DNA from: an uncultured Lachnospiraceae bacterium
GTDB lineage: Bacteria; Bacillota; Clostridia; Lachnospirales; Lachnospiraceae
DNA: 64,000 nucleotides
NCBI GenBank assembly: GCA_946611535.1
Contig: CAMODT010000138.1
Location: 2,866 to 66,865, forward strand
Reading direction: 5' to 3'
Position numbers and translations under genes: made by a program
Notes under the pieces: model-generated
Told to the model about the DNA's origin: nothing
Databases searched by the model: none
What the model saw: the letters and a program-made list of their open reading frames with translations, nothing else
Shown: positions 28,425-37,071 of the stretch, one piece after another
Numbering within the stretch: the first letter of the stretch is position 1
Layout of the letters: each line of letters starts with the position of its first letter

Positions 28425-29234
28425 ATGAACCCCACCGACTACATGCCCGCCCGCCTCCGCGAACTCGCGAACCGGGCTTACCAGAACAACTACATCACCC
28501 ACACTGCCTTCCTCGGCAGCGCCGAACAGGCTGACTTTTACAGCGCCCTCGCAAAACTCGGCGTCCCAAAGACGGTCCCCGAGCTCGACGGCGTCCCCTA
28601 CCTCCTCTGGGGCGGCCACCCGGACGCCGAGCGCGTCATGGCGGTTTTTCTGCCTTCGTATCTCACGCCGGAGGCATTTTACGAGCAGGAAAATGAAGCC
28701 CCCTCCGTCCTCGCCTGCCTCAAGGCTGAGCCCCTCATGCGGAAATTCTCGGACGATCTGACGCACCGCGATTTCCTCGGGGCTCTCATGAACCTCGGGA
28801 TCGAGCGTGAGACCATCGGGGACATCCTGATCGACCGCGAAAATGCCTCCGCCTTCCTCTTCATCGCCGCCGACCTCGCGCACCTCGTCACAGAGGAGCT
28901 CGTCCGCGTGAAGCACACCTCGGTCAGCTGCCGGCAGATCCCGCCCTCCGAGTGTACGGTCCGGCCGGAGTTCGAGGTCCGGGAGGGCTCCGTCGCCTCC
29001 GAGCGCCTCGACGCGGTCCTCGCGTTCGTCTTCCGCCTCGCCCGCGGCAAGGCCCAGGAGCTCATCACCCGCGAGGCGGTCTTCGTCGACGGCCGCACAG
29101 CCGTCTCCGCCGGGGCAGACCTGACCCCCGGAAGCCGCGTATCGGTCCGGGGGTTCGGAAAGTTCATCTATGACGGCGCCGTGAACACGACGAAGAAGGG
29201 CCGCACCTTCGTCCGGGTGCGGGTGTTTAAGTAA
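28425..29234 (+). CDS. ylmH: YlmH/Sll1252 family RNA-binding protein (S4 domain)
   Basis: T.FL, L.HRDFLGALMNLGI.RE.IGDI, V.S.RLDAV, SVRGFGKF. Confidence 0.88.
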   Translation: MNPTDYMPARLRELANRAYQNNYITHTAFLGSAEQADFYSALAKLGVPKTVPELDGVPYLLWGGHPDAERVMAVFLPSYLTPEAFYEQENEAPSVLACLKAEPLMRKFSDDLTHRDFLGALMNLGIERETIGDILIDRENASAFLFIAADLAHLVTEELVRVKHTSVSCRQIPPSECTVRPEFEVREGSVASERLDAVLAFVFRLARGKAQELITREAVFVDGRTAVSAGADLTPGSRVSVRGFGKFIYDGAVNTTKKGRTFVRVRVFK

Positions 29235-29243
29235 GTGATTGCT

Positions 29244-29352
29244 GGGGACGGTTCCTGGAAGGCCGCTTTCTCCGGGGACGGTTCCTGGAAGGCCGCTTTC
29301 TCCGGGGACGGTTCCTGGGAGGCCGCCTGCGGCGGCCGGTGGGAACCGTCCC
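29244..29352. repeat. REP-like array (two 30-bp units plus a full element)
   Basis: GGGGACGGTTCCTGGAAGGCCGCTTTCTCC x2, then the full hairpin element. Confidence 0.88.
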
Positions 29353-29366
29353 TGAAGCCACCTTCC

Positions 29367-30833
29367 TCACTCCACCAGCTCGATCCTCCCCTCGATATGC
29401 GCATCCAGCCCCTCATGCGTGGCAAAATACTCCTCCAGGATATTGTTCACCGAGGTCGCGATCACCCGCGGGCGCATATTCTTCTTCACTTCCTCGAGCG
29501 GAACACCGAGAAACTCGTCAAAATTCTTAAAGTGATAATTCTGGATCGCAAACTTCAGCCTCGTCTCCGGCGTGATCGGTTCCCCGTTGAACGTCAGCTC
29601 CTCCAGCACCCGCGTCGTCTTGTTGTAGCGGATGTGCATGCCTTTCGAGAACTGATAGAACTCGGTCTCGCCCGTCCAGGCCTCGTCGCGCATGATGTGC
29701 TTCACCATGGTCCGGATCTGGTCCCCTGTCATCTCCACCATCCAGAGGTTGTCGTCGAACGGGGTGTTTTCCAGCATATCCTGGTACTCGATCACCGGAC
29801 CCAGCTCCTTCTTCCGGATGCTGCCGGATCCCATCATCATGACGTCAAAGCTGCTCTCCCACTGCAGCGAGTCCGTGTACAGGTTGCCCATCTCGGTCTC
29901 CTGCTCGCGGCACGGGTGCGTGAGCTTTCTGGCCCAGCGCGTCACGACGCGTTTGTATTTTCTGTCGGTCTGGGTCCGGTAGCTGTCCAGCAGCTCCTCC
30001 AGCGGCTCGTCCTTCGGCGCGGTCTTTTCGTTGATCGGGACGCATTTCCAGGAAAATGAAAGCAGCTTCCTCTGCTCCTTATCATACTGCAGCTCGATCT
30101 GCCCGATGATGCCCGTCCCGGTGCCTGCCTGCACGATTGGGATCCCGTTCACCACCTCCGGCTTCTCCATAAAGCTGTGGCTGTGTCCGCCGATGATCAT
30201 GTCGACCCCGCAGTCCGGGTCCAGCGCCTCCGCCAGCTGCCGGTCCATCTCGAGACCGATGTGCGTCAGCAGGATCGTCATGTCCGTCTTCACGGTCCGG
30301 TAGTTGTCGCAGATAATGCTGACTTCCTTCGCCGCCTCCTTGACATCGATAAAGGAACCGATGATCCGCTCCTGTTTTGTGGACGCAAGCACCTCCTCGG
30401 TCAGGATCCCGATAAACAGGATCCGGCAGCCGCCGATCTCCACATTGATGTAGGGCTGGAAGAGCCGCGCGCTGTTCATAGTCACGAACAGGTTTGCGTT
30501 GATGATCGGGAATTTTGCGCATTTTTCGAGAAATAAAAGATGCGCCAGCCCGTAATCCACCTCATGGTTTCCGAGCGTGGCCACATCCGGCCTTAAGCTG
30601 TTCATCAGATCGATCGTCGACAGGCCCTCATACTCCTGGTCGATGATCGACCCCCGGAACATATCGCCGGCGACGACGTAGAGCACATTTTTCTTCTCCT
30701 GACGCACCTTGCTGATGTAGCCGGACAGGCGCACCAGGCCGCCCCACTCCTGTCCGTCAATAGTCTTCGGCAGAAAGTCCCCGTGCATGTCATTGGAGTG
30801 CAGGATGGTCAGTTTCGTGATGGTATCGTCCAT
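29367..30833 (-). CDS. Bifunctional metallophosphatase / 5'-nucleotidase
   Basis: HSNDMHG, AGD, GNHE.DYG, LTH.G, IGGHSH metal motifs; C-terminal 5'-nucleotidase domain. Confidence 0.88.
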   Translation of the reverse strand: MDDTITKLTILHSNDMHGDFLPKTIDGQEWGGLVRLSGYISKVRQEKKNVLYVVAGDMFRGSIIDQEYEGLSTIDLMNSLRPDVATLGNHEVDYGLAHLLFLEKCAKFPIINANLFVTMNSARLFQPYINVEIGGCRILFIGILTEEVLASTKQERIIGSFIDVKEAAKEVSIICDNYRTVKTDMTILLTHIGLEMDRQLAEALDPDCGVDMIIGGHSHSFMEKPEVVNGIPIVQAGTGTGIIGQIELQYDKEQRKLLSFSWKCVPINEKTAPKDEPLEELLDSYRTQTDRKYKRVVTRWARKLTHPCREQETEMGNLYTDSLQWESSFDVMMMGSGSIRKKELGPVIEYQDMLENTPFDDNLWMVEMTGDQIRTMVKHIMRDEAWTGETEFYQFSKGMHIRYNKTTRVLEELTFNGEPITPETRLKFAIQNYHFKNFDEFLGVPLEEVKKNMRPRVIATSVNNILEEYFATHEGLDAHIEGRIELVE

Positions 30834-30867
30834 AAAAAACCTCCTTCTTGCAGGCTGAGAGGACTGC

Positions 30868-30916
30868 GGGGACGGTTCCCGGGAGGCCGCCTGCGGCGGC
30901 CGGGGAGAACCGTCCC
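30868..30916. repeat. Single REP-like element
   Basis: GGGGACGGTTCCCGGGAGGCCGCCTGCGGCGGCCGGGGAGAACCGTCCC. Confidence 0.85.
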
Positions 30917-30930
30917 TGTTCCGTGACCCC

Positions 30931-32055
30931 TCATTGCTCTGAGAAATCCGTATCCATATTCACAACCAGCTCATACTCCGGAAATGCCTTCTGCACATCC
31001 GCCACCGTCTCGCAGAAGACCGCCTTCCGGTCCTTCGCGTTAAAGCTCACCACGAGGTCGAACCGCATCGACTTCTCCTCCTTCTCGAGGTAGAACCCGT
31101 GTATCTGCTTCACATGCCTGTGGGTGAACACGATGTCGTGCACCTTCTTGCGCGCCGCGATCACCTCCGGGTCGCGCGTGTTCACCGAGTAGACTCCGAC
31201 CGCCGTCAGGATCACGTGATGCACCTCGAACACCTTATCCTGGATCTTGCGAATCAGCCGGTCCAGCTCATTTGCCGAAAATGTATCCGGCACCTCGATA
31301 TGGATCGACCCGTTCCAGTTGTCCGGCCCGTAGTTGTTCAGGATGAGGTCATACGCTCCCTGCACGCCCGGAAATTCCACCACCGTCTCCTTGATCGCCT
31401 GCGCGAGTTCCGCGTCGTTCCGTTCGCCCAGGATCTGCGAGATCGTGTCCTTCAGCATTTCGATCCCGGACTTGATGATCACAACGGAGATGACCGCGCC
31501 GAGCCACGCTTCCAGAGAGACATGGAAAATGAGAAAAATCGCCGCCGCCACCAGCGTCGACGCCGAAATCACCGAATCCAGCGTCGCGTCCTCACCCGAG
31601 TTCACCAGCGAGTCCGAGTTGACCTTCTCGCCGACGCTCTTCACGTAGCGCCCGAGGACTATTTTCACCACGACCGCCACCGCCACGATGACCAGCGAGA
31701 CCGGCGTGTAATCCGGGGTCTCCGGGTGAATGATCTGCTTAACTGACTCCTCAAACGACGTAACGCCCGCGTACAGCACGATCACCGAGATGATCATCGC
31801 GCTCAGGTATTCGATCCGCCCGTAGCCGAACGGATGCTTCTTGTCGGGCTCCTTCGCCGCGAGCTTCGTCCCCACGATCGTGATCAGCGAGCTCCCCGCG
31901 TCCGATATGTTGTTGACCGCGTCCAGTATGATTGCGATCGAGTTGGTCAGCACCCCGATCACCGCCTTGAAGGCCGCGAGGAACACATTGGCGACGATGC
32001 CGATGATGCTGGTCCTCACGATCATTTTCTCTCTTGATGTCTCAATTGCCTGCAT
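30931..32055 (-). CDS. Cation diffusion facilitator family transporter
   Basis: S.AIILDA.N..SD, PDKKHPFGYGR.EY, C-terminal dimerisation domains. Confidence 0.9.
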   Translation of the reverse strand: MQAIETSREKMIVRTSIIGIVANVFLAAFKAVIGVLTNSIAIILDAVNNISDAGSSLITIVGTKLAAKEPDKKHPFGYGRIEYLSAMIISVIVLYAGVTSFEESVKQIIHPETPDYTPVSLVIVAVAVVVKIVLGRYVKSVGEKVNSDSLVNSGEDATLDSVISASTLVAAAIFLIFHVSLEAWLGAVISVVIIKSGIEMLKDTISQILGERNDAELAQAIKETVVEFPGVQGAYDLILNNYGPDNWNGSIHIEVPDTFSANELDRLIRKIQDKVFEVHHVILTAVGVYSVNTRDPEVIAARKKVHDIVFTHRHVKQIHGFYLEKEEKSMRFDLVVSFNAKDRKAVFCETVADVQKAFPEYELVVNMDTDFSEQ

Positions 32056-32203
32056 TTTCCGTTTCTCCTAATCTTTCAAACTTTTTTACCCACAGACTGA
32101 GCGCTTCATCTGCCCGGATACGCTCCCTCTCGCCTTCGTCAAGCTTCGCGATCATCCCGCTCTTGTATAAAAATGCCACTTTTGAACCGCCTTACCACTC
32201 GGC

Positions 32204-33064
32204 TCACCTCACCGGATGATACTGCTCACACTTACACTTCTTAAACTTCAGCCCGCTCCCGCACGGGCACAGTTCATTCCGCCCGATCTTTCTCTTCTTC
32301 GGCGGCATTTTGGTCATCTGCTGACTGAAGAACTGAGCCAAATGCTCGCGGCCGCCGTAACGGTCAAATATTTCATCTATTGCCGCTCTATCGTCGGGAA
32401 TGTCTTCATCCCTCTCCGGAATATCGTCCGGCAATACAGGTGCATCCGCCAGTTCGTCCGGTTTCCAGCCTCTGAGGACAGGGTTCGGCAGAACCCGATA
32501 GAGCTTATTCCCCAGATCCCGAAATTGCCTGACTTGCGCGAGTGTGCGGAAATGTATTTTCCCGGAACTCTCCGCCCTGAGAACTTCCGTTACCCATGAA
32601 GCCCCGCTGCACAGCGCATACGGCTGATATAATACACATTGATCCAGGAGCTGCTGCGACCATTCATCATCCAGCCCCAGCACCGTTTTCCCGAAATCAA
32701 GGATTGCTCTCGCCTCCGGAAGACCCAGGAGCCAGGTGTCGGGCTCAAGCAGACCCTCCTCCGGCCATTCATGAAACGGAAGATCATGCCGGGCGGCAAC
32801 AAAAGCATCAAAATCGTCGCCGATAACAAGCAGGTGCCCCGTCACCAGTTCCGGATCTTCAACACCTTCATTCACCACATAGCAATGGCAGCGGAGCAGG
32901 TTCCTGACGCATCTGTCCAGGACCCGCTCGACCTGCTTTGCGGTGACATCCGGATGCCGTTCCGCTATCTTCTTAACAACATAAGTCACCGGTACGGACC
33001 AGTAATGCTGTGCATAAGCCTCAAAGAGTTTTCCAAGTTTTTCATCGGTCATACTTATCACCAC
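32204..33064 (-). CDS. SEC-C motif-containing hypothetical protein
   Basis: C-terminal KIGRNELCPCGSGLKFKKC; start may be the ATG at 33052. Confidence 0.75.
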   Translation of the reverse strand: MVISMTDEKLGKLFEAYAQHYWSVPVTYVVKKIAERHPDVTAKQVERVLDRCVRNLLRCHCYVVNEGVEDPELVTGHLLVIGDDFDAFVAARHDLPFHEWPEEGLLEPDTWLLGLPEARAILDFGKTVLGLDDEWSQQLLDQCVLYQPYALCSGASWVTEVLRAESSGKIHFRTLAQVRQFRDLGNKLYRVLPNPVLRGWKPDELADAPVLPDDIPERDEDIPDDRAAIDEIFDRYGGREHLAQFFSQQMTKMPPKKRKIGRNELCPCGSGLKFKKCKCEQYHPVR

Positions 33065-33122
33065 ACTTTCTTTTGACTGTTGGAATCGGTCTTATTCCGA
33101 TCCTTCGAAGGAGTCCCGAATT

Positions 33123-34949
33123 TCATAACCTTTCGAGATATTCTTCCACGTTCATATATTCTATGCCATTATCCATAGGCTGCGACTTTCCGCGATAGAT
33201 GACACATTTACGCGTGATAGGTCCATAAATATGCTCTGCAGCAGTACAATCTTCCGGAGAAAGAAGTGTCCGGTATTGCCTGGATACCGCTTCCATGCTG
33301 TGTTTGATCTCATACGCTTCACACGTATAATTGCTCTTATTAACAATCAACATATCAAATTCGGCACGGGCAAAGATCAGTTTAAACGCACGCCGGTCTT
33401 TTGGCAGAGCCCGGCTTGTCTCGAGCAGAACAATGTCTTCCATCATCCGCCCCCTTACATCTTCAAGGATACGTTCGCAGGCCAGATCCCGTTCCTTGAG
33501 GCTAAAAGAGGAGAACAAAGGGTCTTTCATCAATACATGGACCAAAGCCTGAGCCTGAGAATATCGCATGCCCGGCTGTGTAAAGATCACATATTCCGAC
33601 GGAGTACTGTCTGAAAATGCTGTTTCCGAAGGAAGATCCACAACAAGATCAAGTGCTTTCAGGTATTCTCTGATTTCTTCTACGTGAGCTTTTTTGATGC
33701 CTATGGTCTGATCCTCACGATTGCGTATTTCCAGCATTTCCATCAGCTTACGGGTAATGGCTTCCCGGTCAATGCGATCCAGAATATCTGTCCTTTTTTC
33801 AGGATCTGCCTGCTTTCTGAGGAGTTCCGCTGCGGACCCCAGATCATGAGACTTAAAAGCCCTTGTCTGCGTGCTGATCAGAAACTGATGATTCATGCTT
33901 TCAATGATGCGGTTAATGGCGCCGGTGAGTTCTCCTGCTTCGTATAATTCACGAAGATGCCGAAAATATTCGCCGTCCTTACAGCAGGCAAGAGAGTGCC
34001 GGATATTTTTACAGATTGCTGTATCAATATAACGCCTGGTAGATTCATCATCCCGGAAAGAGGCCTCAGGGGAGAGCAGGTCTTCGTCATCAAAATCCGT
34101 TTCACCCATGCGAAGCGTTCCGCCATAGCAGATATATTCATCAATATTTCGGATTCCCAAAACCCTTACGTACTCATGAAATGGAATATAGGTTGTATGA
34201 ATGAGAAAAGCGCGGTCGTACAGCTCCTGCGACATCGTAAACCAGAAGCCAAGAGAATCCGTCCCGGAAAGGATGATCTTCATGCCCATCATAGCATAGA
34301 CATCAGAAAAAAGTGCTGCTCCATCGATAAAGTCATCCATAAGCGTCACTTCATCCAGAAACACATAGCGGTATCCGGATGAAGCCAGCATCTTTAAATC
34401 ATGGTTCATATCGGTCATACTGTCTGTTGTCCGAGCCTTAATGTATACAGCCTGTGACAATTCCTCATAAGACAGCTCATTTACCATCTGGAACAGCAGA
34501 GTCGTTTTTCCGGTACGCCGGAGACCGTACAACAGACAGACCTTTCCGGGATAATTCCCGCGAACATATTTATGCAGAAGAGAAAAGCAGTCCCGCTTGT
34601 GATACCCCTTTACAGAAGATGTCATCATCAGCAGTTCCTCTCCACGAAGTACATGGGTGTGAAAATAGTCTGTCTCCGGTTCTGTGGATACACCCAGAGA
34701 GGGCGTGGACGGATTCACAGCCTTTAGTTTTTTCAGTTCCGCCTGCAATGTTTTTCTCAGTGTAATCTTTCGGAATATCTCTTCCCGCTCCGCGATCTTT
34801 ATATATTTGGAGACAGTATGTCCATTCTCTGTCCATTGAAGGTAAGGCTGTGATTTACCCTTAATTTTTTTATAGACCAGATATCCCACGGGCAGTTCTT
34901 CCAGCTGTCTTTCGATTTCAGCAATTCGTGGTTCATTCATTGTAGTCAC
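33123..34949 (-). CDS. AAA family ATPase with N-terminal basic domain and C-terminal PD-(D/E)XK-like motif
   Basis: Walker A GLRRTGKT, Walker B VFLDE, C-terminal E.DML...YEIK. Confidence 0.75.
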   Translation of the reverse strand: MTTMNEPRIAEIERQLEELPVGYLVYKKIKGKSQPYLQWTENGHTVSKYIKIAEREEIFRKITLRKTLQAELKKLKAVNPSTPSLGVSTEPETDYFHTHVLRGEELLMMTSSVKGYHKRDCFSLLHKYVRGNYPGKVCLLYGLRRTGKTTLLFQMVNELSYEELSQAVYIKARTTDSMTDMNHDLKMLASSGYRYVFLDEVTLMDDFIDGAALFSDVYAMMGMKIILSGTDSLGFWFTMSQELYDRAFLIHTTYIPFHEYVRVLGIRNIDEYICYGGTLRMGETDFDDEDLLSPEASFRDDESTRRYIDTAICKNIRHSLACCKDGEYFRHLRELYEAGELTGAINRIIESMNHQFLISTQTRAFKSHDLGSAAELLRKQADPEKRTDILDRIDREAITRKLMEMLEIRNREDQTIGIKKAHVEEIREYLKALDLVVDLPSETAFSDSTPSEYVIFTQPGMRYSQAQALVHVLMKDPLFSSFSLKERDLACERILEDVRGRMMEDIVLLETSRALPKDRRAFKLIFARAEFDMLIVNKSNYTCEAYEIKHSMEAVSRQYRTLLSPEDCTAAEHIYGPITRKCVIYRGKSQPMDNGIEYMNVEEYLERL

Positions 34950-34960
34950 CCTCCGAAATC

Positions 34961-35002
34961 ATGATAGCACGAGATAACCACAATTTCAATGGTTATCTCG
35001 TG
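34961..35002 (-). promoter_or_regulatory. Promoter TTGAAA-N17-TATCAT overlapped by a 13-bp inverted repeat
   Basis: CACGAGATAACCA-N9-TGGTTATCTCGTG (34968-35002) brackets the -35 box. Confidence 0.65.
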
Positions 35003-35594
35003 TTATCTGTTTCACGGGCTATTGCCTGTGTAAGTATTGGTTCTATTTTTTTCTGCCTGATGTTAACACCTGCCGCCAACCATTAAACCTGCAGCGGCAA
35101 TTTCACCTGCCAGGCGTTCTTTCTCGTTCGCTCGAATGATCGGCTCCATCCTGCTGTTTAAGACAGCGATATCGCTCTTCGAAACTCTTCTTACGATCAC
35201 AGAACTGCACTGTGCAGAAGACGCTTTAACAGCTTTCTTTCTCATAATCGCATGCTTGGCATATCTTACGATCCGGCTGATAAAGGACAGGATCCTCTGC
35301 CCTGACGTCTTACGACATTTCTTCGAATAGCTTTCAAGAAATCGTTTAGCGGAAGGCGTGAAAATGACTGCGACATTTTCATAAGAGTAGAATCGAATCC
35401 TTCGCGGACAAACAGCTAGTTCCTCACATATTATACCTGCTTACACTATAGACATTATTCCGAAGGATGGCAAACCCCCTCTGACATCCTTCCGAAGGAT
35501 ATCAAACGGAGTCTTGATATCATCGTCCTGAAGACAGCCCATTTAAACAGCTGATCACGGAGGATAATGATAAGGAACTAATCGATTCGCATGC

Positions 35595-35625
35595 AAAAGG
35601 TCCGGCCTCCCGGCCGGACCTTTTT
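35595..35625. terminator. Bidirectional-type terminator after the 3D-domain gene
   Basis: AAAAGGTCCGGCC-N4-GGCCGGACCTTTT. Confidence 0.8.
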
Positions 35626-35636
35626 GCTGCCTGTTT

Positions 35637-36239
35637 TTATTCATGTACCAGATACACATCCGCACTGCTCATCCCAAACCGCAGCGCCTCCTCATGGGAA
35701 TCCATAAAAATGTCCACATGCCCGTACGGCGTCCCGCGATCCTCAACCGTGTAGACCGTACCGTTGATGAGAAGCTTCGTCCCGAAGGGGACGCCGCCCA
35801 TCGCGACCGTGTGTCCGGTTGTCGGCATGACGCCGCTGGCGGTCGCATTTCCCGCGACACTGCAGCAGGCCGCACAGTGGCAGTAGGCCGTCAGGGTGAA
35901 CCGTCCGAGGTACTCCGCCGAGGCGAGCATCGCCTCCAGCGCCGCTGCCTCCGCTTTCGCTTGAGCGGCGGCAGCGGCCTCAGCCTTTGCCGCTTCCGCC
36001 GCCTCATAGGCGGCCCTGCGCCTTTTTTCCAGTTCTGCCTCCGCATCTTCGATCATCTCTTCGAAAGAGGAAGAGACTTCCTGACCGCTTTCCCCGGGTT
36101 CTGAAACAGCCTCCGCTGTATATTCATTCAAGTCCATGTCGGAAGCTTTGTCCCTGATGCCCGCGTAGACGGGGTCCGCCTGTGAGAAGACGAACATGGA
36201 TGCCGCAAGCAGCACACTTGTAATCTTTTTAAAAACCAT
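35637..36239 (-). CDS. Secreted 3D-domain protein (YocH-like cell-wall enzyme)
   Basis: Signal peptide, Ala/Glu-rich coiled linker, F.LTAYC...TASG...VAM..VPFGT...Y.VEDRG...VDIF. Confidence 0.85.
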   Translation of the reverse strand: MVFKKITSVLLAASMFVFSQADPVYAGIRDKASDMDLNEYTAEAVSEPGESGQEVSSSFEEMIEDAEAELEKRRRAAYEAAEAAKAEAAAAAQAKAEAAALEAMLASAEYLGRFTLTAYCHCAACCSVAGNATASGVMPTTGHTVAMGGVPFGTKLLINGTVYTVEDRGTPYGHVDIFMDSHEEALRFGMSSADVYLVHE

Positions 36240-36307
36240 AAAAAAACTCCTTTCGAGAACAGGATTATAGCACGGTTTTCCTGAAAGTAAAGGAGTTTTT
36301 AACATTT

Positions 36308-36324
36308 TGTAACATTTCTGTAAT
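36308..36324. promoter_or_regulatory. WalR-type box TGTAAC-N5-TGTAAT
   Basis: Exact match to TGTWAH-N5-TGTWAH, upstream of the TATAAT (36264-36269, minus strand) of the 3D gene. Confidence 0.6.
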
Positions 36325-36432
36325 ATTTACAGGGCTTTTGCGCTCCCGCCTATCCGCATCCGTCAGATTGGACACATTTTAAAAATGAAGCCCCCTCAAT
36401 TCCGGCAAATATGCACAACCTGGCGGCATTTT

Positions 36433-36924
36433 TCACATCGTCCGGAGCCTCCTGATGATCTCCTCCACCCGCCTGATCGCCTCGGCGACCTGCGAACGTG
36501 CCTCGTTGATCTTCGACTGGACGAAGAAATCCGCGATCAGCCCGTCAAAGAAAAAGTCCGCAAATGAAAGAAACCCGTCGATATCGATATTCATGTACTG
36601 GAGGTCCTGCACGTCGTCGAGCTCGTTGCTGAAATTCTGCAGCTCGTACTTTGCGTTTGCGATATCTCGTTTCGCGTCGTCGATTTTCGAATGTTTGATG
36701 AGATTGGTGATGAGGCCGCCGCCGAAGAGGTCGACGACACCGGCGATCCGGGCGGTCCCGAGGTCGTTCTGGGCCAGCTTGAGCGCCTCGAGCGCGCGCT
36801 CTCCGGCCATGATGGCCTCGTTGATCTCGGTCTGGCGGTCCTTGGGGACGTTCTGTCTCGTGTATTCGTATCCGTAGCCGGTTCCGTTTCCGTAATTGTA
36901 GTCATCGTAGCGCGTCATGATCAT
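36433..36924 (-). CDS. Conserved-looking helical hypothetical protein
   Basis: 163-aa ORF with host-like codon usage; DLFGGG and FADFFFDG segments; SD AGGAG upstream. Confidence 0.6.
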   Translation of the reverse strand: MIMTRYDDYNYGNGTGYGYEYTRQNVPKDRQTEINEAIMAGERALEALKLAQNDLGTARIAGVVDLFGGGLITNLIKHSKIDDAKRDIANAKYELQNFSNELDDVQDLQYMNIDIDGFLSFADFFFDGLIADFFVQSKINEARSQVAEAIRRVEEIIRRLRTM

Positions 36925-36980
36925 TCTCCTTTGTGTTCGGCTGCAGGCGGGGCCTGCGGATGAGGGCCGGAGGGCCTGCC

Positions 36981-37009
36981 GGTTTCGCAGAATAAGGCAT
37001 TCTGCGAAA
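36981..37009. repeat. Left copy of 29-bp inverted repeat (candidate recombinase site)
   Basis: GG-TTTCGCAGAA-TAAGGCA-TTCTGCGAAA; exact reverse complement of 43962-43990. Confidence 0.9.
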
Positions 37010-37071
37010 AGCCCGCGGACGCTCTGGATTTATATATGTATCAAGTAACAGTATACCACAAGGAGGGACAC

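Noticed and set aside
35063-35400. Open frame on the minus strand upstream of the AAA ATPase
   Set aside because: No clear start or SD for the longer frame and no recognisable family; left unannotated.
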